In this document: positions 1 to 14,385 of the stretch, in pieces
Layout: each line of letters opens with the position of its first letter
Position numbering within the stretch: the stretch's first letter is position 1
The notes under the pieces: generated by a model
What the model was told of the DNA's origin: nothing
Database searches by the model: none
Seen by the model: the letters and a program-made list of their open reading frames with translations, nothing else
Source of the DNA: Octopus sinensis
Lineage: Eukaryota
Assembly (NCBI RefSeq): GCF_006345805.1
Contig: NC_043007.1
Span: forward strand, 56,730,001 to 56,794,000
Length of the DNA: 64,000 bases
Direction of reading: 5' to 3'
Position numbers and translations under genes: made by a program

Positions 1-139
1 TCAGACAAAAACCAATACTGTACGTAGTCTGATAAACGGTCTTAGCTGGAATGTTGATTGAGGATACACCTCTGATTTATAAATATCTTTTTATCTGACA
101 CACACACACACGCACACACATATATGATTACTGCTATAA

Positions 140-200
<61 letters not shown>

Positions 201-252
201 ATATAATACATTTATACATATTCCGACTAAGTTACACATTTATACACAGATA

Positions 253-299
<47 letters not shown>

Positions 300-1270
300 T
301 CACCTTACAACCATAGTGTAATCAATTTTAATCATAAAATAATTTTCTAGCAGAATTAATGGCTGATCATTTGCGCAATTGATACAATCCTTTTGTCCGG
401 CTTCTTCGCATTTTCCATCTAATGTTTGTCATAAACTTGCATTAATCTTTGGCTGTGATAAAAGACATTTGGTCAAGTTTTCAAGCTGTGAGATCGAACC
501 TAGGACATCATGGTTATGAAACGAACTTCATCAACTGGGCATGTCTACGCCCTCTGCATTGTGAATAGTCATATTCACTACACACACAGATACATACATT
601 CATACATACATACATACATACATACATACATACATACATACATACATACATACAAACATACATACATACATACACACTGCAGTGCAAAAGATGTGACAGC
701 GATAATATATGATATGACACACACAAAGAAATGCACATACACATACATACGCACCAACACAATGAACACCTTCACACGTGCAGTAAATAGCTTATAAAGT
801 AAAACTTAGTAACACGCGCTCGCGCGCGCAAACGCACCATAACACAAGCTAAATATACATACGCACGCTTGAACACCCAGACGAAACATATACAGGCAGA
901 CATACACAATAATACTTATAACCTTTGTAAAAGATTACTAAATATATACAAATAAACAATGTCTTGAAATGCCACACAGAATTCTAGAAATTTTGACCTC
1001 TGACACCTTAAAACGTCTGCTAACCTACAACAGAATAAAATTCACTTGCTAGCTAAAAATGTATTTCTAACTTCATTCTTGTTTTCTTTTGTTCTCATCC
1101 AAAATACTAAAATGGCGGAAAACATTTTTGGAGTTCGAAAGTAACTTTTAGTTTTGTTTTTTTTTTCTGCTATGAAATTAGTTGTTAGATATTTGAAGAT
1201 TATCAAACCTGTGGTTGGAGATTAAATATTATTTAGCATGATTAGAAAAGAGGGAAAGAAGGAAGGAAGG

Positions 1271-1392
<122 letters not shown>

Positions 1393-2261
1393 TATTTTGA
1401 GAGGCGAAAAATATAATGACTACAGACACGGCAATCAGCTGATGACGATCGTAGCTATTTGCATGAGACAAAAACGCATTTGCTTTTGATAACCAAAAGC
1501 TGATTACATGTACAACATACATCTACAGGTGGAAGGCTAGGAAGCATCGTTAGTGCTGTATCTTAGTGTTTCTTGGTGTTTCGAGTCTTACAACGTAAAC
1601 CCTTAACAGGGACCCAGACCTAGACTAATCAAGCGAAGGCCTGTGCCCACAGACAAGCGGAAAAACCGCCCTCTGAGTGGTTTTCAAGTTCCTGGCTTAT
1701 TTATAAATTTGATTCCCAATTTGAGTAATTTTTCTACGTCACATTAATTTTCGTTTGTATCCTTTATTCATCTAATAGTACTAACTCACTCAACAAATAT
1801 TTCTGTGCTTATTTTATTTTACTCTCTCGCTTTTAGTCCATCATCTACGTGGTCATTTATTATACTAGATGTAGCAGGGATCACGTGGATATATCCTAAG
1901 GCACATAACGTATCAGATAGTCACACCAACAATTTCTCCTCTGATATTCTTTTATTGTTTGCAAATTATGCTGGTATCTCTGAAAAGTTTCATTTTATTA
2001 AAGGTATTCATTTAACAAATTCCAAGAAAGCAGTTTTCAGCTAGTCACTGAATAATATTTACACAGATGGTTCCTTATTTGTGTACTTTTTCTGATATAT
2101 CTAATTTCTCTTTGTGCTCTGTATTCGTCTAATACCATTCATTTTCTCAATAAATGAATTTGGATTAATTGCAATAAAAACAGTGTTAGAATTTATAAAG
2201 AATTAGGCATTATCGTGACCTAACTCATCCATATAAAAGTCCTCAGTTTATTACATATATA

Positions 2262-3010
2262 CAGCGCCGTGCAAAAGTCTAGTCTTCGACCACTTTAAAC
2301 TATTGTAAATTTCTATCAATTGCCAACTTATAAGTGAATGTTTTGCATTGTGTTTTTACAGATGAAGTATTGGCCCTGTTAGAGTCATTTCAATACCTAA
2401 CTGTTACAATTTGTAGTATGGGTTCTGAATGAGAGGGGAAGATGCGAGACGACCACCAAAAATGGCCGTGCAAACGTTTTCGGCCACCTCACATTAAGAA
2501 GTTACTGTACATGGTTAATATTTTGTGTGGCTTCCCTTAGCTTCAATAATTGCTTCAATGCATCTGGGAAGTGCACAAATCCTTTCACATGTATGAGATA
2601 CCATTCTCTGTGACTGAGCTCCCACATTCTTCAAGATTGCGTGGGTTCTTCTGACGAACTCTTCTTTTTAGCTCTGTCCACATTTGCTCGATGATATTTA
2701 AGTCAGGACTCTGAGCTGGCCAATTTTTCAATACAGTAACACCGTCATCAACCAGACTCTGTGACATGGAGCTCCGTCATGCTACAAAATCTCACCTTCA
2801 TCCAAGTCTGGTATCAAATTGTCCTTCAGCAACTGGATGTATTTGGCACTATTCAGATTACTGTCAATTTTTAACCAATTTTCTTGAACCTTCACTTTTT
2901 ATGTCTCCCCAAAGCATCAGATTCTTAACCCCAAACTTCACTATCATCATCATGTTACGTGGGTCGTTTCGCTTTTCTGCATGCCTTCTGACAAATCCTC
3001 GCTTATTGGA
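2262..3010 (-). mobile_element. Tc1-family DNA transposon remnant (3' half of transposase plus one TIR)
   Basis: Minus-strand peptides [27 protein letters not shown] and C-terminal LPRCIEAIIEAKGSHTKY* (stop 2515-2517). TA followed by CAGCGCCGTGCAAAAGT at 2262 resembles a Tc1 TIR end. Frameshifted and cut off by a (TACA)n tract. Confidence 0.88.
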
Positions 3011-3212
3011 AAGAGAGAGAGAAGCATACATACATACATACATACATACATACATACATACATACATACATACATACATACATACATACATACATACATG
3101 TTTATCGTTATTTGGGTTAAGTGTGAAACTACTGAAAATATGTGTTGTGTTACATATAAACTCATATACACATATATCCAAACACACAATATATATAATA
3201 TTATATATATAT

Positions 3213-3248
<36 letters not shown>

Positions 3249-3318
3249 ACATATACATATATATATACATATATATATACATACATACATACATACATAT
3301 ATGTATGTATGTATATAT

Positions 3319-3720
3319 GGAGTGGCTGTGTGGTAAGTAGCTTGCTAACCAACCACATGGTTCCGGGTTCAGTCCCACTGCGTGGCATCTTGGGCAAGTG
3401 TCTTCTGCTACAGCCTCGGGCCGAACAAAGCCTTGTGAGTGGATTTGGTAGACGGAAACTGAAAGAAGCCTGTCGTATATATGTATATATATGTATATGT
3501 ATGTATGTGTTTGTGTGTCTGTGTTTGTACCCATAGAATTGCTTGACAACCGATGCTGGTGTGTTTACGTCCCCGTCACTTAGCGGTTCGGCAAAAGAGA
3601 CCGATTGAATAAATACTGGGCTTACAAAGAATAAGTCCCGGGGTCGATTTGCTCGACTAAAGGCGGTGCTTCAGCATGGCCGCAGTCAAATGACTGAAAC
3701 ATGTAAAAGAGAGTAAAAGG
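3319..3720 (+). mobile_element. tRNA-derived SINE family A with CORE-like motif
   Basis: Box A-like TGGCTGTGTGG, box B-like GGTTCAGTCCC, CTTGGGCAAGT CORE-like motif, internal microsatellite, shared 3' tail. Near-identical copies at 9146, 46140, 46610 and 47570. Confidence 0.85.
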
Positions 3721-3824
3721 TAAATATATATTTGTATATATATGGTGTATATATACTATATATATATATTATATATATATATATAATATATATATATTAA
3801 TATATATATATATATATTATATAT

Positions 3825-3869
<45 letters not shown>

Positions 3870-5613
3870 ATGTATGTATATATATATATGTATATATTAT
3901 ATATTACATATATGTATGTATATATATAATATATATGTGTGTGTGTATATATATATGTGTGTGCGTGTGTATAGTTTATATATATATTTACTGATATATA
4001 CACTGAGAAAAAAGTGGCAATGAGCTATCTTTTTTTATTTGTTCAATCCTCTTATTCCTTGCTTATATGGAATTTTCTTATTCTTTCTATTTGTGCATAC
4101 ACATTCTGAGACCCATTGTATCATTTCTCGTTTACGTTTCAAGGTCATGAAGCTCTTTCATCAATGTGATATATCTAACCACGATAGTGAATATATAATC
4201 CTGCGCGTATCAGTGTGTATACGCGTATGCTGTATTATAGTCCTTGTGTATGAGGATGTATGTGTGTATGTGTGCCTGGAGTTTTTTTTTTCGTTCTTTT
4301 TTTCTGTCCTTCTTGAGTATAGAAATTCATTTGTTAAATGTGGGGTGGACTAAATGCGTTCAGGCGTCCATCAATGAGAATTCGGTGTCTGGGTGTGTTT
4401 TAATGTAGTAATAAGCCAAGCCATGGAATAGAGTAATAAGAGCAGAGAAAGTGTGGAAGGGGAATGTGAAAGAAAAATACATATGTTGTGAATGATGGAT
4501 GGTTGAGTGTGGTGGTGGGGGTCTTGTAATGAAATTTATCAGCCATTTAAACTCATTGCAATCTCAAATTTCAGTTATCTTTAGATAATTACTGAATTTC
4601 ATAGATGTGTTAATGGAAACAAAGTGAAGATAACTAGAGGAAAGTGGAAGGCTATGGGGCATCAGATTTCCAAAATAATTCTTTGATTTGATTGCATTTT
4701 TTTTTTTTGTCATTACTTTTACACAGTAATAACAATGAAGAACAGCAACAACACCAACAACATCAGCAAGGCCTCAAAGGAGGAAATGTATTTGGTTGAA
4801 TTAACAATACGTAGCTGCTGTCTGTTGCATCAAATTTGGAAGTATCAAATGCGAAATTGACCACCTCCGGATTTGAGCTCAGAACGTAAAGAAACGTTAC
4901 TAAACTCCGCAATCCATGTTTAATGTAGTTCTGCCGTTTCTGCAAATCCATATAAAACTAAAATTCCGAAGGGAGAAGTTTAGTCGATTTCATAAATGTC
5001 AGTACTTATCTCTGACTTATTTTAATCGACTCCGAAGCGATAGAAAATATAATCGACACCAACTGCAATTTAACTCAGGACGTTAAAGAAGTACGCCTAT
5101 CTGAATATAACTAAGGCATTTTGTCCGGCTCGGTAGTGTTTCTGCCAATGTTTACACTGTTTGATCCCAATAAGATTACGTCGCTGGATTCGCATCTCCA
5201 GAATTCCTCGCGAATAATCTCTGTTTCCTTTAAATCTTCCTTGGTTTGAATGTGTCACGAAGTCCCAAGTGCAGAGATTATGCCAGCTCCCTAACGTCAT
5301 TATCGAACTTTGCACTGAAATCCCTCATCACTACGGTGTAAGTTGATTTGAGAGCTATCAAAACGGCCTTGCAGCCTCCAACCCGTAAGCAGTTGGAAGC
5401 TAGCTAAACTAACGAAGTAATCAAGGCCGGCCGGTTTAGACATTGGGGTGGCTTCATTTGAAACCTACAACGACCGGAATGCCCCGTCTAATAGGGGGAA
5501 AAAAGATCAACTGCAATGTGCTGCGGCTCTGCCGAACACGCCGAGGAAAAGAAATAAATGCAACATAGAAAGATGGAAGTATCGTAGGACTGGGATATAT
5601 TCCTACATCATAT

Positions 5614-5705
<92 letters not shown>

Positions 5706-7097
5706 AGAGACAACATCAATTTCTTCCATCTTCTTGGTCTGTTAAAGTATTTGATAAAATTATATTAATGTGTTCATCTTGTTAAAATTCTATTTATTTG
5801 TGCAACTGATGATGGCATTAAAATTGATGTAATGATTGCATTCTTCAATTAAATGGGGCCGCTTCAAACAGTCGTACTGCATCACTTCTTGATATCCTGT
5901 TGCTTATTTTGATTTATATATATGAATATGTACATATTATTTATATACGTTTGTATGTATGTACGTGAGTGTGTATATACTTGTTGATATACGCACAAGC
6001 GTATATATACACCACGACGATACACTTACACAACATGGATACACAGGCGCATACACGTAGACTCATCCAAGAATACTGAACAACAGGTTTAATGAGAAAG
6101 AGGATAGAAAATCTTGTCGATTTCGTTTGATAACAGTCATATGCAAACAAATTGATTATAGAACTATGTGTGTATGTGTCTATGCGTGAGTAACCCAAGG
6201 ATCAAGAAGAATACCGTTGATACCTAAATAACAAAATGAATAAAACATGAATCACATAAAAGCCTAACAAAACTACAGAGATATCTGAGTCCACAAAATA
6301 CAAACATGCTAAGAAAACATCTATGAACCATTGATATAGAACTTGCAAATCCCGCACCCAAAATATACTTTCAGCTTTGTATCTTTTATTACTGATAAGT
6401 CAGGTTATGTTGAAACACGTCTGAATCAAAGTTTGGCAGAATTGGAAGTCTTGGCGAAAGAACGGTTACCACACTTCATAACCTACATATGAACACCATA
6501 TCTGGGGCAATAAAAATCTACAAGTCCCTCATAAAATTTAATGGATGCAATGTGTGTGTGTGTGGTGTGTGTGTGTGTGTGTGGTGTGTGTGTGTGTGTG
6601 TGTGTGTGTGTGCCCAATTGAAATTAAACTTTAGGCAGGGAGAGAGAACAGAAAATGTAGAATCATAAACGTAATATATAGTCATTAGTAAATACGTGCG
6701 CGTGTGTATAAATCCTTAGAACTCCCCCACACATGCACACACATCTCACTCATGCACGCGCGCACAAATGTAGCCACACATGTAAGCTCACACACATACA
6801 CTACCATACATATATGTATGTATCGTCACATGTTCTGATAATATGCATATACATACGTACACAAATACAAGTATTTGTATGCATGTGCAAGTACTTGCAT
6901 ATAAATGCGACTGTATGCTATATACATAGATGAAATCATTAATAATAATACATTCTCGATACAAACAGCTACCACAAATGCATGCCTATATATATATAAA
7001 TGTATATGAATGTGAATATGCATTATATAAATATGTGTGTGTGTATATATATATGCATACACACACACACATATATATATATATATGTGTGTGTATG

Positions 7098-7178
<81 letters not shown>

Positions 7179-9145
7179 TGTGTTGTGTGTGTGTGTGTGC
7201 ATAAATATGCATATGATATATTTGTTTGTATGTATGTGTGTATATTGATGTATGCGCGTATATTGGCATATATGTATAAACGAATGTATATGTGACTTGT
7301 TTAAAGTTTGATGAAGATGGTGTTTAGCCATCTGGATATCAGTGTATGTAGAAACTTATAAAAAAACTAAACCAATGTTTCGTCTTGAATTCTTTCAAGT
7401 ATTTTGTGAACAATATGGAAACTAAGATATAAAAAGAAAACCAAATTTTGAAAGAAAAGTCAAACAAAAACTAGAGACAAAATAAAATACGAACAAAATA
7501 AAACTTCTTTTGTTGGGGATTGTGGCGAGTTTCGTCCAAGTAATTAAATTTTAATTCTTCAATTTATTTTTGTATTTTGTATGTGAGTTTAAAGCCTTAT
7601 AGGATAAATTTCGAGTCAATACATTTTCTGTGGGACAGACAGATAAACAGACGGACGGCGGACAGACGGGCGGACGGACGACGGACGAATAGATGAGTGT
7701 GTGTGTGTGTGTACATGTGTGTGTGTGGGTGTGTGCATGTGCGTTCGTGCGTGTATAATTTGTGCCAATGGTCGACAGGTACTTGAAATGGGTATGTATG
7801 ACTATCTAATTGCCTCCAAAGACCATTGGGGCATTCCGCAGCTGTGTACAATCATGGGTCCGCAAAAAAAGCAACGAAATTGGTTATTAATGCCCACTTT
7901 CTGCCTTGAGGGGCTGAGAAGGCAGAGAGAGAAGAGTTGCGAACAGCATAAGAGCTAGCAAGACCAGGTTCTAGAAGCCGCTCTCCTTAGGGCGCAGCCA
8001 GTTCGTTCGTCGTTTCCAGTTCTGCAGAGAGCGAAAGAAACCCTCTCGGTGAAGAAACCCTCTGTGGTGAAGTGACAATCAGAGATCCCTTAACTCGGTC
8101 ACAAATTGTAATACATTTCATCAGAGTCTTGCGACGATAAGTAGAATATGGAGAACGAAGAGGAGTAGCATTCTGTTGGGAAATTAAAAAGAAAAAAGAA
8201 AGGCGGCTTGCAAGGGCGAGCAGAATGAATGTTATAGTCAGCGAGGATTTGAGGAATGTTTTTAACGTAGTGCAGGATGAAAGAAAATACGGAGTGAACG
8301 AAGAGGACGATTATATAACAAATTCGTTTGTTATGTATGATTATACAGACGTACCAGGAACCTTCGTGTTCTTCCTGACCCACTCCATCACATGTGTTGC
8401 TCAAGGATAACCTAGATCTAAAAGACATGGACGATATATAAGAATGTGCACCCTTGCTAGAGTCTAATACTATTCTTTCTATTTTTTTGTTAAATACATC
8501 TTTACGTTAAATTTGTTGGTATTATATATATATTATAATATATTATTATTATAATATATATATTATAATATATTATTATTAATATCAGGAAATCAATATG
8601 AGAAAACTCTTCAGAAAAATATATATACGTGTGTGAAATAATTGTTGCATTAAAAATATAAATATGTATTAAAATATATGTAAATATGTATAATCATAAA
8701 TATATAATGTATATGACAGTTTAGAAGTTTTGAATTAAGTTTTTAAAGCATCTTACGATCGTTTTACAGAAGTGCTATCCCTATAATGAAATCCTATACT
8801 GATAAGCATTTATAAAAACTTTTTTGCTCTTCAGAGATATAAAATTTGAATTTTGCATAATATATCGAATGGTAGTATTTTTTTAAATTTGAAGTAATAC
8901 TATAAAATGGTGTTTGTTTGAAATATAAATTAAAAATTAGAAATTACTGCTTTTGATGAGAGTCTTTTAATCCATATTCATTTCCTTTTTTAGTCTTCTG
9001 TAATAATCCATAATATTCATATGCAAAATCCGTTATATTGTCTTGTATTCCAAACATAGTTCATATACTTAAATAATATAGAATATATATATATATATTC
9101 ACACGTTAAATCTTCTTCCTCATACATGAAAGCTTTTTCCTTATT

Positions 9146-9505
9146 GGTGCAGGCATGGCCGTGTGGCAAGAAGCTTGCGTTCCAACCAAATGGTTCTGGG
9201 TTCTACTATAACCTTGGGCTGACAAAGCCTTGTGAATGGATTTTGTAAGCGAAAACTGAAAGCCCGTCGTATATATATTTATATTTGTGTGTGTGTGTGT
9301 GTGTCTTTGTTTCTGTGTTTGTTCCCCAGCACCGCTTGACAAGATTCCTGTAACTTAGCGGTGCGGCAAAAAGAAAACGTTAGAATAAGTACCGGACTTT
9401 TAAAAAAAGTAGTACTGGGTTCGATTCATTTGGCTAAAAGTTCTTCAAGGCGATGTCCCTCCATGGCCGCATTCTAATGACTGAAACAAATAAAAGATAA
9501 AAGAT
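9146..9505 (+). mobile_element. SINE family A copy in the presumed gremlin intron
   Basis: Same head (GGTGCAGGCATGGCCGTGTGGCAAGAAGCTTG) and tail (ATGGCCGCATTCTAATGACTGAAAC) as the 3319 copy, with internal deletions. Confidence 0.8.
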
Positions 9506-9817
9506 ATTTATTCATTTTTATTTTCTAATAAAATGTTACTATGTCATACATTGCATGATGTCTGGTTCGCTGATCGTTATATAATTTTGTATATCCTCAA
9601 ATGACTTTCTAACAACATTGTTAACTGTTTTTTATATGCATGAATGTGTTGTACAGTGAATTACAATAAGGAATTATTATTGCGCTGTGATGATGGACTG
9701 GTAGGTTCGTTGAAGCAGCAAAAAACATACTAAGTGGCAGTACCAGTTGCATACTGGTGTCGATATAATCCACAAACCCACCCCCAAATTTTCAGGCTTT
9801 GTGTCTATAGTAGAAAG

Positions 9818-9912
9818 TATTATCATCATCATCATCATCATCATTGTTATTATTATTATTATTATCATTATTATTAGTATTATTATTATTATCATTATTA
9901 TTATTATTATTA

Positions 9913-9974
<62 letters not shown>

Positions 9975-10019
9975 TTGTTGTTGTTGTTGTTATTGTTGTT
10001 GTTGTTGTTGTTGTTATTA
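9818..10019. repeat. Compound (ATC)/(ATT)/(GTT) microsatellite directly upstream of the gremlin splice acceptor
   Basis: Direct inspection. Confidence 0.95.
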
Positions 10020-10025
10020 TAATTG

Positions 10026-10056
10026 TTCTAATTTATTTTATTTTTACATTTTCAGG
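10026..10056 (+). other. 3' splice site of the gremlin coding exon (branch point, polypyrimidine tract, CAG)
   Basis: TTCTAAT branch-like motif at 10026-10032, T-rich tract, TTTTCAG ending at 10055, then G-ATG. Implies an upstream non-coding exon. Confidence 0.8.
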
Positions 10057-10689
10057 ATGCATGCTTGTGACCTGTCAGTGAGCATCGTACTGCTGCTCTA
10101 CGTAACCCTACCTTGCAATGGCTGGGACTTCCCACCTCCTGGCAGGAAAATACGAATTCCGCTGCGTGTTTCAAACCGCACTTCAGTGTTCTATCAGAGA
10201 GCCAAACTACCGCTGCGGGAGGAGTCCAGTATGATAATTACACCAAAATTGAAGAAAGAGGATGATAGCTTTAATATCGGCTTACCTCATCATCGACGAC
10301 AGGAATCCTCTGGATCGAGACATGACAAATTACCAATTAAAGGAAGCAAAACTGCTTTCACTGTAACAAGAAAGAGTTACCTGCGTAAAGAATGGTGTAA
10401 GACTGAACTATTGAAACAGGTGATACGAGAGGAAGGCTGCTTGCGACAAACTGTTTTGAATCGCTTTTGCTACGGGCAATGTAATTCGTTCTTTATACCA
10501 CGAAGTGGTAAACATGATGGTGGGGGAGCAGCATTCATGGCGTGCGGCTACTGTAAGCCGAGGCGTTACACTTGGATTAGGGTGACACTACGTTGTCAAG
10601 GCGCAAAACATATGCGGTTCAAACGCAGGAAAGTACAAAGGATTAAACAATGCAAATGTATGGCACAGAAAGTAGATGGACTTTCATAG
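10057..10689 (+). CDS. Grem: Gremlin-like secreted BMP antagonist (DAN/CAN family cystine-knot protein), 210 aa, single coding exon
   Basis: ATG at 10057 to TAG at 10687-10689. Hydrophobic signal peptide (MHACDLSVSIVLLLYVTLPCNG). C-terminal domain VTRKSYLRKEWCKTELLKQVIREEGC...NRFCYGQCNSFFIPR...CGYCKP...VTLRC...KQCKC has the nine-cysteine spacing and the RFCYGQCNSF-IPR motif of vertebrate GREM1/GREM2. GREM1 versus GREM2 orthology cannot be assigned. Confidence 0.96.
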   Translation: MHACDLSVSIVLLLYVTLPCNGWDFPPPGRKIRIPLRVSNRTSVFYQRAKLPLREESSMIITPKLKKEDDSFNIGLPHHRRQESSGSRHDKLPIKGSKTAFTVTRKSYLRKEWCKTELLKQVIREEGCLRQTVLNRFCYGQCNSFFIPRSGKHDGGGAAFMACGYCKPRRYTWIRVTLRCQGAKHMRFKRRKVQRIKQCKCMAQKVDGLS

Positions 10690-10717
10690 AATTCAACCAC
10701 AGTACTACAGGGAACAC

Positions 10718-10783
<66 letters not shown>

Positions 10784-11321
10784 TATATATATATATTATT
10801 ATATATATATATATGCATAACTGAACTTTATAGCTTTACATAATTATTATTATTATAATTATTATTTGAACACGACTGGCATTAAACGAGAGACAAAACC
10901 TACAATACACACTACAATTAGTATTGTAAAGAGACTGCTAATATATATATATATAATATATATATAGATATATATATATATATAGATATATATATATATA
11001 CATATACATATACATATATATATATTTACGCATACATATCTATATACATATAGATATATACACACATATGTACACATGCACACTCATAATATATGCATAT
11101 GCATATATATTTTGTAATAACTTGGCCAGATGGGCAGTGCCCTTAAATAACATATGTAGTATTTTTACGAGAAAAACAATAACGAACAAATCGACCTGAA
11201 TCGAACATGCATCGACAGGTTAACGTGCAAACATGCTCACTACTACGCTACAGAAACATTGTTATCTACAAAGTCGTATTTATTTTTGTTCACGAGGTAT
11301 ATATATATATATATATATATA

Positions 11322-11363
<42 letters not shown>

Positions 11364-11759
11364 GGTGTGTGTGTTGTGTGTGTGTGTGTATGTATATATA
11401 TATATATATATTGTATCTGTATATGCATTTATATGTATGTATGCATGCATGTATGTGTGTATGTATTATGTATGTATGAATATATAACTATGTATGTACA
11501 TATGTACCTACGTATGTATGTATGTATGTATGTACGTACGTGTGTGAGTATGCATGTATTTATGTATTTTAGAATCTATGTATTTGTAAATGTTTTTAGT
11601 AAAAATTGATGAGGAGGCAATATATGCAAAACAGATATTGTAAATTAAGGAATTTTAATTATTTCAAAAATACCTTAAAAGTAAAGGACACAAACGGAGA
11701 CCACCTGGAAGAAAGATGTTGTCTAAGCACTTTTCGATCATTTTCAAATATATATAATA

Positions 11760-11812
<53 letters not shown>

Positions 11813-11816
11813 TATA

Positions 11817-11868
<52 letters not shown>

Positions 11869-11870
<2 letters not shown>

Positions 11871-12054
11871 GGTCCCGGGTTGAGTCGGGGTTAACCACAG
11901 TAAATAAGGTACTCAATACATAGCAGAGTAAATTAATTTATTTTATAGAAGGAGCTTCTACAGGACTAGAACTGTTTCATTCAAAAGAAATCCTGATGAT
12001 TTCTTTTGAATGAAACAGTTCTAGTCCTGTAGAAGCTCCTTCTATAAAATAAAT
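11869..12054. repeat. Perfect 57-bp inverted repeat with a 5-nt loop, made from a PLE-like terminal repeat fragment
   Basis: 11936-11992 is the exact reverse complement of 11998-12054; the loop is CTGAT. The arm sequence matches 40002-40060. Confidence 0.92.
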
Positions 12055-12761
12055 ATATATATATATGTGTGTGTGTGTGTGTATATGTATGTGTCTACCT
12101 ATCTATCTATATATATATATATATGTGTGTGTGTATGTGTGTGTGTGTTTGTGTGTGTATGAATATATATATATATATATATGCACATATATATATATAT
12201 ATATGGTTCTATCTATCTATATACAGGCTAACCCCCAGATTAACTGACTATTTCAATGAAATCAGGCGAATTTTAAAATAAATGACTGAATTTTATGTGT
12301 ATCACTTAATTATGATACTAGAACAAATACATTTAGAAATCTTGCGTCAAAAATTTATGGAAAACTTTCAACATGCGCTCCGTCTTTATCCCTGCAAATT
12401 TCAAACACCCTTAGCGTTGCTAAACACATTTTGAAGTATTTCAGGAGTCATCTCCTGCACTGCTAATTGAATGCGTTAAGTTCAGTCAAACTATTGTTCT
12501 ATCCTGGGATGGAAGTAGGGAAAATGATTGCAGCGAAATTGAAAAAGGTGTCGTGGACACATAAACAGGTTCTAACAGGAATAAGAATTTTTTTTTTTAA
12601 TTGTAAAATATATTAAGATATAAACAAAATTAAAAGCTATACACTTTTAACACATATTAAACATGGTAGACACAAGAAAAGTGAGTTTTTAAAAATATTT
12701 TCCGTTCATACTGAAATAGATGGTCAATCCTAGAAGACGTTGTATTTTTATATATATCTCA

Positions 12762-12792
<31 letters not shown>

Positions 12793-12826
12793 GATCTATC
12801 TACCTATCTATCTATCTATATATATA

Positions 12827-12902
<76 letters not shown>

Positions 12903-13615
12903 ATATGTATGTATGTATGTACGTATGTATATATGTGAGTATACAAACACATACAGAAGGTGATATTATTATTGCGTTTATTTCACTATCATGATTACTT
13001 GGAGTTCGACTCAAAATATTCCAAGTGCAAGTGATCGGTTAACCTGAACCGATCATCAAGGAACACTTTATTGCATTAATTTACAATGAACTAATGGAGG
13101 GTCCTGAGCAACCATAATAGTGAAACATATGTAGGAACTACTAATATAAACTTGCGTTTATCGTAATTTCTCCTGAAGTTACTGGAAATATTATAAAAAG
13201 AAGACTGGACTATGATAATGTACGTGGAGATGTACACTTAACAGTAGCATAAAAACATCTATTTTACACACAAAGCGCACTATGTATATGTGTGTGTGTA
13301 TGTGTATACACAGATATAAACATATATATAGATATACGTATACATATAAAATACATGCTTATATATAAACATATATAAATATGTAGGTAGGTAGGTAGGT
13401 AGGGATAAGTGTGCATGATCGTACGTTAACAATTGTTTATGTTGTATGCGAATAATATGAGTCTAAAATGCAACACCCCTGCATTATAGCAACGTAAATA
13501 CAATACATATGTAAATACATACATACATATTTATAAACATATACATATAAACACACATACACACATACACACATACACACACATATGTACACATGTGTAT
13601 ATATATTTATATATG

Positions 13616-13646
<31 letters not shown>

Positions 13647-14069
13647 ACATACATGCATAGACATTCATAAATATGCATACATACATATATAAACCTGTGT
13701 GTTATGTATATGCATGCCTGCGCATGTGATTCCGTATGTGCGCGTGTGAGAAGGTATCTGAGTGAATGAGTGTGTGCACACGCGCGTGCTTTTGTGTGTA
13801 TGTGTGTATGTATGAATAACTGAATGTAGACATATATGTAAATACATGACTATACATAAATATATACCTACACGCGCACACACATATGTACATGAATATA
13901 TATATATATGCATATATACATTTGTATCATACATGTATATAATATATATAGAGATAATATATAAAATATGTGTATATATATCTATATGTACATATGTGTG
14001 TGTATATATATGTATGAAAATATACATATATATACGTGTATGTATAGACACACACACATATACACACAC

Positions 14070-14127
<58 letters not shown>

Positions 14128-14342
14128 ATACATTTAAGCTTGTATGTATTTCTGTATTTTTTTAGGTAGGTAACTTGGCAGGAAAATATATGTATGCCAA
14201 TGTTGTTATATTTATATATATTGAAATACGTATATATTTACTCTCTTGTACATCATATGTATCTTTGCTTATATATGTAGTTATATATAGATATACATAG
14301 ATACACATATGTATATATATATATATATCCACATGCATATAA

Positions 14343-14385
<43 letters not shown>

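Noticed and set aside
9844-10056. 71-aa poly-Leu/poly-Cys N-terminal extension of the gremlin ORF
   Set aside because: It is microsatellite and intron sequence upstream of a canonical acceptor. The signal peptide starts at ATG 10057.
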